DNA of 64,000 bases. Origin: Amoebidium appalachense (taxonomy: Eukaryota > Protista > Ichthyosporea). Below, in pieces: positions 22,812 to 35,345 of this stretch; the first letter of the stretch is position 1; every line of letters begins with the position of its first letter. The stretch is from positions 13,315,088-13,379,087 of the forward strand of contig CAVNZM010000004.1 of the NCBI GenBank assembly GCA_963693365.1, read 5' to 3'. Both the position numbers and the translations under genes were made by a program. Under the pieces are notes generated by a model. The model searched no databases. It was not told where the DNA came from and saw nothing but the letters and a program-made list of their open reading frames with translations.

Positions 22812-23822
22812 CTACACAGCCAGAAGGCCCCTGTTTGGTCTATCCGTCCTACAATAAAAATGTGCCTGCGAGTCGACAAACCCCGTAGCAGTTGTGTCAA
22901 GACTTCTCGAGCTCAAAGCCCTTGAGCCCTTGACCCCCAGCGCGAGGTTTGTAGATGATAGACTCAACCGCGCAGCTTCATTGTCCCTAAACTCGCCCTT
23001 CTCGTAGAGTTTGGTGGCCAGTTTTGTTGCCTTTTGTCGGTCTACACCCGCTTCTGGGTTGTAAGGAACAGACGTGAGATAACCCACCAGCCAGTCAACA
23101 AGATCCGACCCGGAAAAGACACACTCGCCTGCCTTAGACTTGCTTATGCGGAAGGAGGATGCGCGCTTGGCCGTAAGGTGTATGCTTGGTATTAGTGCCT
23201 CAACCCGCCCGCCTTCAACACATTTGTTTTCTCCTTCGCCCATGCCCGTGTCGTTCCTGGTAGCAATTTTTTTGACGAAGTTCTCCTTTTCGGGCTTCCG
23301 CTTTGTCTCACACCACTCCGCGAAACTGATCATAAAGATGGCCCACCACTCTGTGTGTGGGAACGTGGTGCAACTAAATGTGCTGGTGATGCTGTGTGCA
23401 CTTTTACCCGATGATATGCTCGATGTTCCGTCATTTCCCTTCCGTCTGAACACGGTCGGGTCTTCGTCATTCATACCTGTGTAGTCGATGATGTCGCCGT
23501 TCTTCTCCCCACTGGGCTCTAACCCCATGCTGTTGCTTACTTTCAGCGTCACTTTGGCATCATGAGTGTCTGCCATCACCTTTCCGCGTGATCTGATGTG
23601 GCTTAGACTTTTTTGCACAGTTTCTTGCATTCGTTTTGTTTTGGATATCGTGCGAAACACAACATCGCGCATACTGCTCGAGTTTGTGCCTGCTGGTGAC
23701 GGGGTGTGTGGTGTGTCCTTCGTTGTGGGCTCGGTTGGAAGCGGCAGAGAGCCGCAGACTCCTTCGCGCATGGTCTTGGGTGCTAGCGCTGTCAAAACGA
23801 CAGGACCTGAACTATTGTCCAT
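22812..23822 (-). CDS. Intronless DEP-domain protein (DEPDC1/4/7-like DEP domain), 336 aa
   Basis: Single non-repetitive ORF; C-terminal CVFSGSDLVDWLVGYL...DRQKATKLATKLYEKGEF...FVDSQAHFY follows the DEP pattern (CFxGxxLVDWL, RxxA, FxD...Y). Confidence 0.75.
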   Translation of the reverse strand: MDNSSGPVVLTALAPKTMREGVCGSLPLPTEPTTKDTPHTPSPAGTNSSSMRDVVFRTISKTKRMQETVQKSLSHIRSRGKVMADTHDAKVTLKVSNSMGLEPSGEKNGDIIDYTGMNDEDPTVFRRKGNDGTSSISSGKSAHSITSTFSCTTFPHTEWWAIFMISFAEWCETKRKPEKENFVKKIATRNDTGMGEGENKCVEGGRVEALIPSIHLTAKRASSFRISKSKAGECVFSGSDLVDWLVGYLTSVPYNPEAGVDRQKATKLATKLYEKGEFRDNEAARLSLSSTNLALGVKGSRALSSRSLDTTATGFVDSQAHFYCRTDRPNRGLLAV

Positions 23823-24174
23823 GTGCGGCTTGGTCTATTGGGGCCAGAAAAAAGAGAGTGTGTTGTTTGGTCGTGGTGGTAAGAAAAAGCATCCCTTTTC
23901 AAATCCCTTACCTATAGGGTGCTCTGAGGGGTGCGAGCTCAGGCCTGAACTTTGTACAAATAGGCTAACGTTCGTGTAAATTGCGATGAGGAAAGTGTTA
24001 AAACCGCAAGTTACGCCAGCTTCAGAGGGAAGTTTGCCTTCGGTAAATGATAAACCTTAAAGTTTTGTGTCTGCATAATAAAGCCACCGTTTATGCAAGG
24101 GGACGGTCACCTGTCAGCCTGTCTTCCTGCCACGAACCTGAGACCCTGCCGACTGCCGAGCACAAGGCACGACA

Positions 24175-24623
24175 ATGGGGTTTAACGCTGTTTACTCGAG
24201 GCAAAGAGAGACCAGTCTCAGGTATGGGGGGTTTTTGCTCGGAATATCCCCTCAGCGGTATATCATGATCACGTACACAGATGTCGGGTGATGATTATTA
24301 TTATAATAGTGGGGGATACTCCTAGGTGTTCCACTCGATCACTAGATATATCAGGGTTTACTTTCTCTACGAGACACCATAAAGAATGTGACCACTTTAG
24401 ACTTTTTGTTGAATTCTGTTGGTCGTCACATTGAGTATTTATATGATTTTCACACAATGTTCAGGTATCTCAGTATGCACTTGTTACTGGATAACTCGTG
24501 AAGTTTTTTTATGGTCTTCTCAGTATGCCGTGCATACTTGCATATCTTTCCGTCGAATAAATCCAGTCAAAAGAAAAACCATAAAGACTAAGAAAAAGAA
24601 AAATCAATTAGTTGGTGTTCCCC

Positions 24624-24664
<41 letters not shown>
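24175..24664 (+). mobile_element. Dispersed repeat family 2 (T-tailed), copy 1, interrupted by insertions
   Basis: Colinear with the reverse complement of 37576-37813 (ATGGGGTTT...GGAATATCCCCTCAGCGG...AATCAATTAGTTGG.GTTCCCCG then about 40 T). Confidence 0.8.
24386..24577 (+). mobile_element. 192-bp retroposed insertion nested in the family-2 copy
   Basis: Absent from the other copy; flanked by 10-bp duplication ACCATAAAGA (24376-24385, 24578-24587); AATAAA at 24556 followed by short A-rich end. Confidence 0.7.
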
Positions 24665-24665
<1 letters not shown>

Positions 24666-24916
24666 ACGATGCTCATTCCTGACAACTGCAAGTATGACAA
24701 TGAACGAGTGGTGCTTTCTGTTAAGAATCTGATATGTGAAAAAAAAAACAAAAAAAAACAAAAAAAAAAAAAACTTTTTAAACGTTTATAAAACTGTTTG
24801 TAGAAATACAACAATCCAGACTTTCCAAATACCCTATTTGATTGGTCGTTACCTGCCGAACCGCATTCCAAGGATAAAATAGTTTAACATAATGCAACTC
24901 AAAGTGATACTGAGCA

Positions 24917-25658
24917 GTGAGCACCTCGTATTTATCAATTTTAAGAACGCGTACGACACGGTCGACCTCCCTCGTCTGTGGCCTGTGGGCCAAGTTGGCC
25001 ACTCGCAGTGTCCCATGCAAATGGGTCGGCTACTGGAAGCTGTGTTTACGTTTACACGCGGACGGGCGGTGGTTATTTGGGCGGCTATCCCCAGGGTTTA
25101 CCCGCACGCGCGGGGTACTTCAAGGGTCCCGGGCCCTGCTAAGCCCACTCCTTTTCAACCTGTATATTGATGATTTAGCCGACGCACTTTCTGCGGCACA
25201 AATTGACGGGGGGTTGCCATCCCAGGCTCCCCCCGCCCTCTTTTTTGCCGACCATATTGTGCTTATGTCATCCGATCCTATCGAACTACGGCAATATATT
25301 CGTGTAGTTGAGCATTGGTGCCAGCGCAACGATATACGGCAATATATTCGTGTAGTTGAGCATTGGTGCCAGCGCAACGATATATATGAAGGTTAACGTT
25401 ATAACGTCAAAAAGTGTGCCCTTTTATCAAAATCGATACCGGCATGGGACGACGTTTGTATATTCGGCAGTCCCCTCCCTCGCCCGATCGAATAAAGTAT
25501 TTGGGGGTTCCGGTGGATGAGTGGGGCATATGTTTCAAACGGATGGTCGACCGTCGGGTGGAGAGTGCAGGCAGGTGTCTATGTGGTGCATCCAGTCCGT
25601 GGCACACGCCACATGTGCGTGTACAAATTCACACACACCAACTTGGGCACCACTGCCC

Positions 25659-25693
<35 letters not shown>

Positions 25694-25873
25694 CCCCCCC
25701 CCTTCCCGGGGAGGTGATTGGGTAGAAGCTCGAGTACTGTGGATGACGTGCCCCCCCCCCCCCTGAGGATAGGCTCTGCTGATTATGCATACTCTTTTTG
25801 TATGGTTTGCCCTCTGCATCGTGTAATCCGTTGTTCATGCATGTGTACTTAGTACTTTATGGCGCATTCAACC
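24917..25873 (+). pseudogene. Decayed non-LTR retrotransposon: reverse transcriptase remnant plus the family-1 3' end
   Basis: RT motifs in order across frameshifts: FINFKNAYDTVD...LW, RGVLQGS...LSPLLFNLYIDDL, LFFADH (catalytic DD mutated), IKYLGVP. 48-bp tandem duplication 25287-25382. Bases 25720-25873 match the 3' end at 49975-50120. Confidence 0.88.
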
Positions 25874-25897
25874 CGGGGGAAAGGGGGGGGTGCACGT

Positions 25898-25946
<49 letters not shown>

Positions 25947-26981
25947 CAAAAAATAAAATAAAAAATAATGCCCTCGTGTACCGTCACTGTGGCGTGGCAC
26001 CCACTTGCAACAGCACGGTGCCACGGTGACCATCGTGCCATCGATATCACGTGCTCCGAGACATGTGATGTACACATGTACACCGAATTGATGTACTATT
26101 CACATACACTAACGATATGTTTATCAGATTCTAATCCTCACACAATAGGCACCACCACGAAGACACCCATTATTATAGACTCCACGGCACACACACTATG
26201 TACAGCTGCTGGCACTTGCAGCCACGTCAACTGGCACTTGCACCACTGTCAACAAAAAACAAGCCCCATCAAAGAAAGACGAAAGGAGGAGGAATTATAA
26301 GCGAATGCATGACAAAAGTGTAAACTTGTGGTGGGGTGTTCTGGTGGTTGAAATGGCATCTTTGATTCATAGTCGGCTACACAGTGCCACTGACGGACCT
26401 ATGCACCCATGCACAGTACACACACCTTCAATTTGCGGTATTCAAATCCAAGACATAAGGCTGCTACTGATAAACGAAAAGGAACACCGATAGCAGTCAC
26501 AACTACGTATGAATGCTATATCCAATTTAAAATTTCCCTTTGCCATACATGTATTAGTAGCATACAGCATCGTGCTAATAAATCTGTAGACGCTACAAAA
26601 ATGTCCCATTATATTGGCCGTATAAGAAAGACAAAACTTTTGGCACCCATCGTAAACCACAACAGTTTTTAAAATTGTTGGGATCAAACAAACATCACAA
26701 TGTCATATGTACAGAAAACGAAACAGTCAACCTGAACACGTTTTGTTTCGAATAAGAGCACAAAATATACTTGCATGGTTCTGTGCTATGGTGCTTTAGC
26801 ATTCTCGTGTGTGTGTGCTCTGATTAGTTGTACACCCATTCTTCCGATTTTTGGCACGTCCACTTACACATGAATGCCACAAGTGTGTTGCCTATATTAG
26901 TGCACACACCGCTCGCTTGGATGCCATAATAAGTGCTGTTTATGTGGTGCATATATAGTCGCCCCCTGCCATCCCCCATTT

Positions 26982-27408
26982 CTAAGCGGGGGCGTTTTTG
27001 CTTGCCGTGCGTGCATCAATATACTCGATGACCTGGCTCATCTGCACCCGCACCTCCTCCATGCGGGTCTCTGACTCCCGCACAAACCCGTCCTGGCTGG
27101 CATGCCCGTGTGCATCCAAATAGTCCTGTGGTGGATCGCGGTGAGCAAGAAGATACGTGGGGCGTGTGTGTCGCGGACTAACTGATGTTAGTTCTCGTTT
27201 GAATACTGGTCGTTTTGTGTGCGAGTGGAAGGGGTGGGGGAGGAAGAGGAGGAGGCAGAGGCAACTAGGGGAAAGGTTGGTTTGTTTTCTCTATCTTTTT
27301 TCTTGTTGTCTTTTCTTTTTTTCTTGTTTTCTTCTTCCTTTGTCTTCAGTAAGAGTAGACATTCACACAGGACAACGTAATGCGGGGTGTGCGCCCGGCG
27401 GCGGCCAG

Positions 27409-27461
<53 letters not shown>

Positions 27462-27691
27462 TACATGTGTTCGACCTTGACCTCCCAACACGTGCATGCT
27501 TGTGTGGCATCCATCCCAACTAAATGTTTTTCGAGATTTTCCTTGTTTGTTCCCATTTGCTTTTCAGAATATGTGTAGTGGGTGTGTGTGTGCTGCTGCT
27601 GCTACTGCTGCTGATAGTGGTACTGGTGGTGGGCGGGCGAGTGGGTGGGTGGATGGTTGGTGGGTGAGTGGGTGGGTGGGTTCCCGGCGGT

Positions 27692-27729
<38 letters not shown>

Positions 27730-29442
27730 GGGGGGGGAGTGTCATGAGGCATCTTGTAGCAAACAATTGCACACAAGCAGGGGGGGGGGGGGGGGGGAGG
27801 GGGGAGGTGTCATGAGGCATCTTGTAGCAAACAATTGCACACAAGCATGCAGGATGTGGGTGTGTGTGTGAGTTGGACAGGGGTATTTACCCTGATGATG
27901 CTGATGCCACGAATATCATCCTTCTCCTTAGCCTTGCGCACATCCTTTGTGATCTTCTCCTTATCTGCTACCACCTTAGTGATCAGGTCCCGCACAGACA
28001 CCTCAGGCAGCTCCCTCTCAATGACCACTCTCTGGTGCTTCCAGAAATGGTCGTCCTTTTCCACCTTAAGCACGGTGTCTGGGTCAGCGCCCTTTGAGAG
28101 CTGCTCGTACAGGCCCATGACGGCATAGTACTGGATGTAGAAGGTGTAGACCCGGATGGCCTTCACCCTGTCGTCCTCCTTGCAGTAGTTCTTGCCCAGC
28201 CCCCGTATCTGCTTGTCCGTGTACACGGCCTGGCCACGGTCGTCCTTGAGCTCTGCACGGCCCTCAGCATCAACCAAAGCCTGCCGGGCACGAAGGCACT
28301 CGTCTACGGTCTCGGGCCGTAGCACCTGGGGGGGGGGGGGGGGGGGGGGGGGGGGATGGGATGGTTGTGAGTGGGTGGAGAGAGAGAGAGGTGTAGGGAC
28401 TGGGGGAGGGGTGGACTGCAGGGGTGGGACTGGGATAGGAAGAAAAACAACAAAATAGACGATGTGGGTGGTGGGCTAGAGACAGCACGTAATAGGTGGG
28501 CCAGAGGGGTGACGTAAAAAGAGGCTTGTGTGTATTCGTGTGTGTGTGTGTGTGGGGTGGGGAGGGGCGGGGGGGGGGGGGGGGGGGGGGTACAGGAGGT
28601 TGAGAGGGGGGGGGAGGGAGGAGGAACTTGCATGTTCAGTGGACCCCCCCCTTCCACCCCCTTTCTTTTCCCCGCAGAAAAAAAAAAAGAAAGAAAGAAA
28701 GGTATGAAAAAGCACCGGACATAGAAGGACACAAACTTCGATCTGGTTTCTGCCAGCTTTAAAATGTCAATTACTCTTTTGCCAAAGAATGAGCTGATTC
28801 ACAATGCCCCCCCCCCCCTCCCCCCCTCCCCCCCCAAATGATAGTACCAAAAATCATTACAGAGAGTGGAGCACAAATAGAATCAACCTTAGAATCACAC
28901 CATTGCCCCAGTGCCCACCATGCCAGTGCACCATACGTACGTCGAAGATGAAGTGGTTGCGCTTTGCCTTGTTCCTGCGGATGTACTTGTTCTCGTTGCG
29001 CCGCAGCGTGTAGATGTTGTCGCTCAGCACCCACCCGGGGAAGATCTGGTTGTATGCTGGGCTGAGCCCTGTGATGCTCTCAGCCGGGGAGTTGACCAGA
29101 GAGAAGGGCATGGCCATGCGCTGGGGCAGGGTCACCACCCCACTGGCAATGATGCTGTAGGGGCCCTGTGTAAAGTCGGCCGGGAATTTGATGGATGTGC
29201 CCAGACCAAAGAATGTGCCTGCGTGCCCTCTCCGTCAGTAAAAAACACCCATTGCCTTTGCATAACAGCCTGAAGTGCCATTGCAAATCGTGCCCAATGG
29301 CTAGGTGTCGGGGTAGGCTTTTCTATCGTTCGCGCCAGAAAAACACGTATTGGCCGTACGGTGTTCTTGTGCATAGATGATTTTTTTTTTTTCGTTTTTT
29401 TTTGTTTTTTTTTTTGGTGGTGGTGGTGGTGGTGGTGGTGGT

Positions 29443-29478
<36 letters not shown>

Positions 29479-29653
29479 TGCAACGCATATGGAAGGAGGT
29501 CGACACAAAACTTCAGTGGCAACATAAGTCATCTTTGTGACATATGTGCCTTGGTTGTGTAGGTGCGGGAATACATGTGCACGTGGGCGTGCATTAAAGG
29601 TTCTTTTTTTTTCCTTCTTTTTTTTTTTCCTTTTTTTTTTTTTTTTCCCCTTG

Positions 29654-29723
<70 letters not shown>

Positions 29724-30117
29724 GGTGTGTGCGCGGGCGTGCATGCATGTGCTCGTTGTTTGGTTGGTTTTGGTGGAGGGGGAGGGGGGGGGGGGGGGGG
29801 GGGGTAGGAGCTGAAGAATATTCTGTTTATCCTGGCTAAGAGCTGAGCACCTAACTACCATTGATATAAATTATCATTGATCAAATTTGTTCTATTTGGT
29901 GGTGGTGGTGGTGGTGGTGGTGGTGGTGGTGGTGGTGGTGGTGGTGGTGGTGGTGGTGTTTGTGTGTGTGTGTGTGTTTGGGGGGGGGGGGGGGGGGGGG
30001 GGGGTTAGAATTTTTAAACATCACAAACAAAAGTAACAACGTAATAGTGACGTGCCAAAGTGAACCCGTCCTCAAAGACGAGAGCAAACTGCCGGAAGAG
30101 GAGGGAGGGCGATGGAC

Positions 30118-30169
<52 letters not shown>

Positions 30170-32338
30170 TTGATCACAGCACGAAGTACAGTTAGCTGAC
30201 GTGAAGGACCGCACAGGACACAATAGTATGCATATAATTGCATAAAAATGCTCAACATATACGCAACAAAATCAGCGCCGGTCTCGCCGGGGTGGGTGGG
30301 TGTGTGTGGAGGGGCGGAGGGGAGGGGGGGGGTTTGAATGCGGAACACGGTACGAAGTACACATACACGATGAGAAGCATGGTGCAGGACACATGCAAAG
30401 GCAAACATTCAAGTATGCAACATCAGCCATGCGCACAGTATCCGTCTTAAGCAGAGCCCATTCTCAGGGAGGGCCCAAGTCATCGATTGCGTCTGAGTTT
30501 CGACCCCTTAGCCCGCGTATATACGACTCTCCAACTCAGACATCAGCATCAACTGAACTTGGGAGGGTCAACCCGTCTTGATCAAAGACGAGCAGGGTTG
30601 CTTATGCAAGCAAGGTGAGCAAAACGGTGAAGATGTGTGTGCAAACTAAAGCAGTGCAGCAAAAAATGCGTATGTGCTTACAGATGCACGACACAGAGCA
30701 ACCATGCCCGGTTGCATGGAAGTAAAGCAATCTCCACACAGTGGTCTGTCCTGAAAGGACACCTCTGAAGAAGACTGGGGGGTTTGCATGCGGAACACGG
30801 TACGAAGTACGCATACACGATGAGAAGCGGAGGGGAGGGGGGGGGGGAGGGGGGGGGGGGCAGCAGACGCACACCTTCGCCGCACCACAACTCCTGGTCG
30901 GGGGCCTTTGATGTGTGGTTGGAGCCGACATTAGCGCCATAGCCCACATTGCCCTTGCCCTCGGGCCAGAATGCAGCAATCAGCAGACTCTGGTGGTGGA
31001 ACCCAACAAAGGGCCCACACAGGGAAGCAGTGCACTCGCCTTCAGCCACACCGCTATTGGGGCCCAGGATGCTGTCTGTCATCTTACCGTGCCTCTCGAC
31101 GTGGCTGTGCTCACACAGCACACTGTTCATCGCCAGCGCCAGACCGTCTACCTCACTGGCCCACTGCAGGATCTGTGAACACAACAACCGTCAGAAAGGG
31201 TCTATGCCTACCACACTTGGTTTTAGCGCCAGGTGCCAAAACTACTTCCCCCTTCTCCCCCCCCTCCCCCTCCCGCCCCACCCTTTCCCTCCTCCCCCCT
31301 CCCGCGTTTGTCCCCCTCTATGCAAGCAGGAATATTGTTTTCGAGGCAGACATGCTAAGAGTCCCCGCCTCCCCCCCCAAATCCCACAAGGAGGAAACAC
31401 ATACATACCTCCCCCCCCCCCCCCCCCCCCCCCCCCCCAGCAGCAACCATCAGTCTACAAGCACCATAAAGGCATTCTCACCTCCCTCCCACCCTTCCTC
31501 TTCTTTAATAGGAGGTCGTACCAATAGCACACACACAACACACACACATACCCACAAGCACAGGCACCCCCACCCACCAACCCACCCACATATTCCTCCA
31601 ACACACATACCGTATTCTTGACATAGCACCCCGAGAGAATCTTGGGAATTTCCTTGGGGGGGTCTGAGAGCATGGTGACATTCTCGACCCAGCTTGCACT
31701 GTCAATGACCCCCCCCGGGCCCACGTAGACGTTGATGACCTTCTGGGTGTGCAGCACCTTGGCCCCATTCCCGATGATCGTGGCTGGGCTGGTGGCCTGC
31801 GTGGGGGCATGCACGTGAGACCGTGCACAGGGGGAGGTGCAGAAACGTGCACAGGTGAAAGGTGGGCACACATACAGCGGGAGGGAGGAAAAGAACATTG
31901 TCTAGTGTGAGTGTTGGTGAAAGAGTGCAAAAACAATGAAAGAGAATCTGGACGGTAAAAAGGAGAGAACAAGGGGCAAACGGTGCATGCAGAAACACCT
32001 CACACGCCGTTCTAGGGGGGGGGGGGGGGGGGAGGGGGGCTCACACACGAGCAGGAGAGCAGGGGAAGGAGGCGGGGGGAGGGGGGGGGGGGGGGGGAGG
32101 GGGGGGGGGGGGGGGGGGATCCTTTGTTGCTTTAGCCCCCATCCCCCTATCCTCCCCTTTACCCCTCTTCGTGCTGAAAAATGATGTCCTTCGATAATAC
32201 GGGGGGGGGGGGGGGGGGGGGGTCCGTGGGGTCGTACAGTGAGGGCAGGCTACGAATGCATATGCAAATATGTCCCAAGGCCATCAAGGTGGCACTAGAT
32301 CATCAAGGTTGTCACTCGTTCAAATTGGCACGAGGCGG

Positions 32339-32407
<69 letters not shown>

Positions 32408-32502
32408 TGTGCGTGCGTGCATGCGCGTGTGTGTGCGCGTGTGTGTGTGTGTGTGCATGTGCCTGTGCCTGTGCGTGCGTGTGTGTGTGTGCCGGGGAGA
32501 AA

Positions 32503-32564
<62 letters not shown>

Positions 32565-34146
32565 TGATGCCTTAGCACAGTATGTGTCGACCAGGTCGTT
32601 GTACTTCTTCAGCAGGGCCTTGTCTCCTCGGTTGCTGGCCACCCCGGCAGCACAGGCAATGGTGATCTCGGCAAACACACGCGTCTCACGCCCACCAGTC
32701 TCGATGGCAAGCGGGAGCTCGGCACCGTTGCCGAAGTTGGTTTGTCCTGTGTGTGTGTATGTGTGTGTGTGTGTGTGTGTGCATATGTGGACGTGTGCGC
32801 ATGTGTCGTGTATGTGTGTGTTTGTATCATGTTTACGTGCGTGGGTGTGCATGAGTGCCCCTTTTAGTGAATGCCAGTTTGCCTTAAAAGCGGGGAGAGA
32901 GACGCCGGGGAGGACGGGAGAGGAACAGCTGAAAGGGGGGGGGGGGGGGGGGGGAAGGGGGGGGGGAGGGAGGACAGGGGGCGGGAGGGCAGGAGGGAAG
33001 GAGAAGAGAGAGAGGGAGGGAGGGAGGGAGGGAGGGAGAGGCAGAGTGTAAGTATGTGCCAGTGCCTGTATGTGTGTAACCTTGTGTTCGTGTGTGTGGT
33101 GTGGTGTGTGCATGGCAAGCATGCTTTGTGAAATAAGTAGGGGAGGGTATGGGGAAGCCGGCCCGGGGGAGGGTGAAAGGAAGGAGAGGGGTGTGTGGGT
33201 GGGTAGGGGGCAAAATGATTGTGGTCATTGATGTGCTTTTTTTTTTTTTTTTTTGGGGGGGGGGGGGGGGGGGGAGGGAGAGGAGGGAGGCTGTGTGCAT
33301 GCAGGAGGGGCCGAAAGGACGGGTTTGTAGGCAGGGCATGTAGGATGATGTGGGTGTGGGTGTGGTGTAGGAGCCAGGAGCAAGTAGCACAGTGCCAAGT
33401 TCAACCACGTTAAACCCTGTAAAGATACGCAAAATGAACCAGAGAGCATGCGATACAAGCAGGCAGACAGCTCAGGCAGACCTTTTGTTTTTGGCGCAGG
33501 GGGAAGGAAGGGGGGAGGGAGGGGTGTGTATGTGGGGAGGGGGGGGAGGGGGGGGGATGGGGAGAAGGTGAGAAAAAAGGGCCCCGTGGGGTGGGGGGGG
33601 TGCAGCAGACAAACGAATGGCAAATAAAGGGACGGGCAAAGAGGGGGAGGGAGGGAGAGGGTTAAGAAAGCCGTGCACAAAGTAAAATGAGGCAGCACAA
33701 TGAATGAAGTAGAACAACATGCAAGAGCATAAACAGAGGCTAAGCACGAGAACCCATCGTCGGATGAGGCTTGACTCAACCGCACCAGGATGTGGGAGCA
33801 AAGTGGGGAGGGAGCGGGGGGAGGGGGGAGACAGACAAAACAGCATTGTATGAAAAGGAATCAAGGGGCTCTGCTGTTGAGCAAGGGGAGAGAAGTGAGG
33901 GGCAAGGGGCGGGAAGATGGGGAGGGGAAGGGAGGAAGGGGAGCCCCGGGGGGGGGGGGGGGGGGGGAGGGGGAGGGGGTCCACGGTGGAGAGGAAGCAT
34001 CGAGTGGTGAAGGGAAAGAGGGAGAGGGGGCGGGGACATGGTATGGTGTCTGCGTGCAGAAGTAGTGTTGCCTTCTCTGTCCTTCATTTCTCACTCTCGT
34101 GTGGGTGCACTTGTGGTTCTTGTCTTGGGGTTTTACGGGGAAGAAA

Positions 34147-34201
<55 letters not shown>

Positions 34202-35345
34202 ATCGTGTGTGTGCTTGGTCTTGCAAACATGCTCAACCCAATAAAAAAAACCAGTCCCGGATTCGGAAAGCAGTGCTTTCCCTCCCTTCCCTGTCCCTTC
34301 GAATAAATTTGTGTGAATGCGCTTGTTTGTGTCCAAATTTGCGTGTGCGCAGGTTTTTTTGGCCGACGTCGGAAGGGGCGAAGGGTGGGGGGGGGGGGGG
34401 GAAGAGGGGGTGAATTGATGTAGAATACACCAAACTTCAACGTTAAAGACAAGGAACATGGGGGCAGCCGGCCTCTTACCTGTGCAAAGAACCTCACCGC
34501 AACCAAGCACACAGGCACCCCTGCCCACCACCACATTGCTCAGCAGGGCATTCCGGCTCACCAGTGCCTCGTCCAGCACAACCACATTGTGAAGGTCCGA
34601 GTTATAGATCCCGCTCTGCAAAGTGACATTCTTCGTGCCCACAGACACTCTGCCCCTAAAAGCACCAAGGCGCACTTCACCGTGAAAGTTGGTGTTGTGG
34701 ATGCGTGAGGCATTAAAACCATCCTTCGTTACCATCACCTTTGTCCAGTCCTCAGCCGTGACATTCTGTCGCTCAAGCTGAAATTTCTCGGCCTCTGTCT
34801 GTTGACACACCCCTGTCAGTTCATATGAGTATGTTTGGGCTCAAGGTTCTTTCAACTCTTATCCTAACCAGTTCGAGCAGCAAGGCAGATGGACAAGCAC
34901 TACACGCAAGCAAGGTAAGCAACACACACCTGAAAGAAGTACGGATTACAGATCTTCCCCCCGAAAAAAGTTTTTCATTTTACCCAACACGACTTGACCC
35001 CAAAGAACTGCAAACTTCGCCTCTTTATTTGATGAAACCGTTTGCCAACACAGTAATCTGCACTCATTTCCCTTTGTTATATAAACCCAGATCCTGAAAG
35101 CCTAGGCCCTTTCATTGGTCTAGGAACATTTGACATACCAGCTGGCGGTAGGGGCTTGTCCAGCCATCTGAGTTCTTGAAGTCGAACTTTCTTTTTGCCT
35201 CGTCCACATGCTTCAAAAACTCGCTCTCAGCCAGATACTTGGTGATGCAAGCAATGGACTCCTCAATCTTGTACTTGCTCTTGCGAGCTTCGACACTCGG
35301 TTTGTACTCTTCCATGATGAACGAACGAGACTCTACGTCGGCCAT
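26982..35345 (-). CDS. DUF4954-like protein (beta-helix-like repeats, bacterial-type family of unknown function), about 680 aa
   Basis: Exons 35345-35139, 34798-34480, 32746-32571 (GC donor), 31796-31611, 31172-30875, 29218-28941, 28325-27891, 27125-26982 in phase. Motifs [67 protein letters not shown] resemble DUF4954 proteins as recalled. Confidence 0.8.
30333..30828 (-). mobile_element. C-tailed LINE family subfamily B: long 3' fragment (30333-30776) plus short tandem 3' fragment (30783-30828)
   Basis: Both end in CCGCAT(T/G)CAAA then a C run on the minus strand and are bounded by G runs on the plus strand; 30448-30604 aligns with 49881-50031; in intron 5 of the DUF4954-like gene. Confidence 0.85.

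Noticed and set aside
25983-26030. GTGGCACC/GGTGCCAC hairpin as a Helitron 3' end
   Set aside because: No CTRR terminus at the expected distance and only one copy.
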